Below are positions 63,323 to 64,000 of a stretch of 64,000 nt of DNA, piece after piece. The translations under genes were made by a program, and so were the position numbers. Positions within the stretch are counted from its first letter, which is position 1. Every line of letters begins with the position of its first letter. The DNA lies in assembly GCA_013239625.1 (NCBI GenBank), contig MU054323.1, positions 5,631,220 through 5,695,219 of the forward strand, in the 5' to 3' direction. The stretch comes from Lama guanicoe (lineage: Eukaryota). The notes under the pieces were generated by a model, which was given only the letters and a program-made list of their open reading frames with translations, was not told the origin of the DNA and searched no databases.

Positions 63323-64000
63323 AACTACTTACCAGAAACCACTAAATCAGAAAGGACACCCAGGCTCAGCTACTCTTCTGAAGCCCTGGGTCAGCCTATT
63401 ATAACATATTTTCACTTCATGCAGGCTGCCACAGCTGCACGTGCAAGTTGGGCACTGCTCAAATTCTCCATGATCAGGAGAGAACTAGGGGGCTAAAGTA
63501 CAGGCCATGCTCACTCCTGAGTCATGAGTTTAACATGCTACGTATGCTCTGAAAGGGTGCTTCTTTCTAATATATGCAAAGACATCATATAGGCTGGCAG
63601 CTGTGTTACCGTCATCTCTTTATTCAAATAAATCACAACTTCAGGATGAAAAAAGATGAGCAGCAGGTGAAAACAAGAATCTTACCCTTCCAGATAGATG
63701 GATGAGCAGCTTAACCAAAATGGTGACTTCATTCCCCACAGTGATTTGAACTCACAAAAGCCAAGTTCTCATGGCCAGTCTCAGCTGAAACTAAAATGAA
63801 CTGCAAAACGAAACTCCAAAGCTCAAAGCCTGAATGACATTCTCTAACCTGCATCCATCTTATAATCAAGGCTCTCCAAATACTGAAGTAAATTTGGCCC
63901 TGTCGAATCAAGAGAAATTCAGTACTAGAGCCATCCCAGATGACAATGGGGCTATGTGGGGCTCACACAGAGTCCACATAAAGAGGCCCTTCCTCACATG

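Overview
This is mammalian non-coding DNA, either intronic or intergenic. I recognise no host protein-coding exon, RNA gene, CpG-island promoter or CRISPR array. Much of the window is interspersed repeat: ancient eutherian MIR, L2, L1M, MLT1/MLT2/MER21/MER34/LTR16 LTRs, and hAT and TcMar MITEs. There are also three younger L1 3' ends. Their UTR style, plus the lack of recognisable Alu, B1, Bov-A, PRE-1 or Can-SINEs, suggests a camelid-like cetartiodactyl (inference). The only long intact reading frame is the ORF2 C-terminus of a recent 5'-truncated L1 (15004-16594, 17-bp TSD). The best leads are a candidate recursive splice site with nearby exon-like segments at 61.5-63.1 kb, several unique enhancer-like blocks, a uniform + orientation of L1s, and small copy or duplication events inside old repeats. 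Repeat family names come from recalled consensus features and need RepeatMasker/Dfam confirmation; boundaries of old repeats are approximate. I cannot support a novel multi-gene system here.
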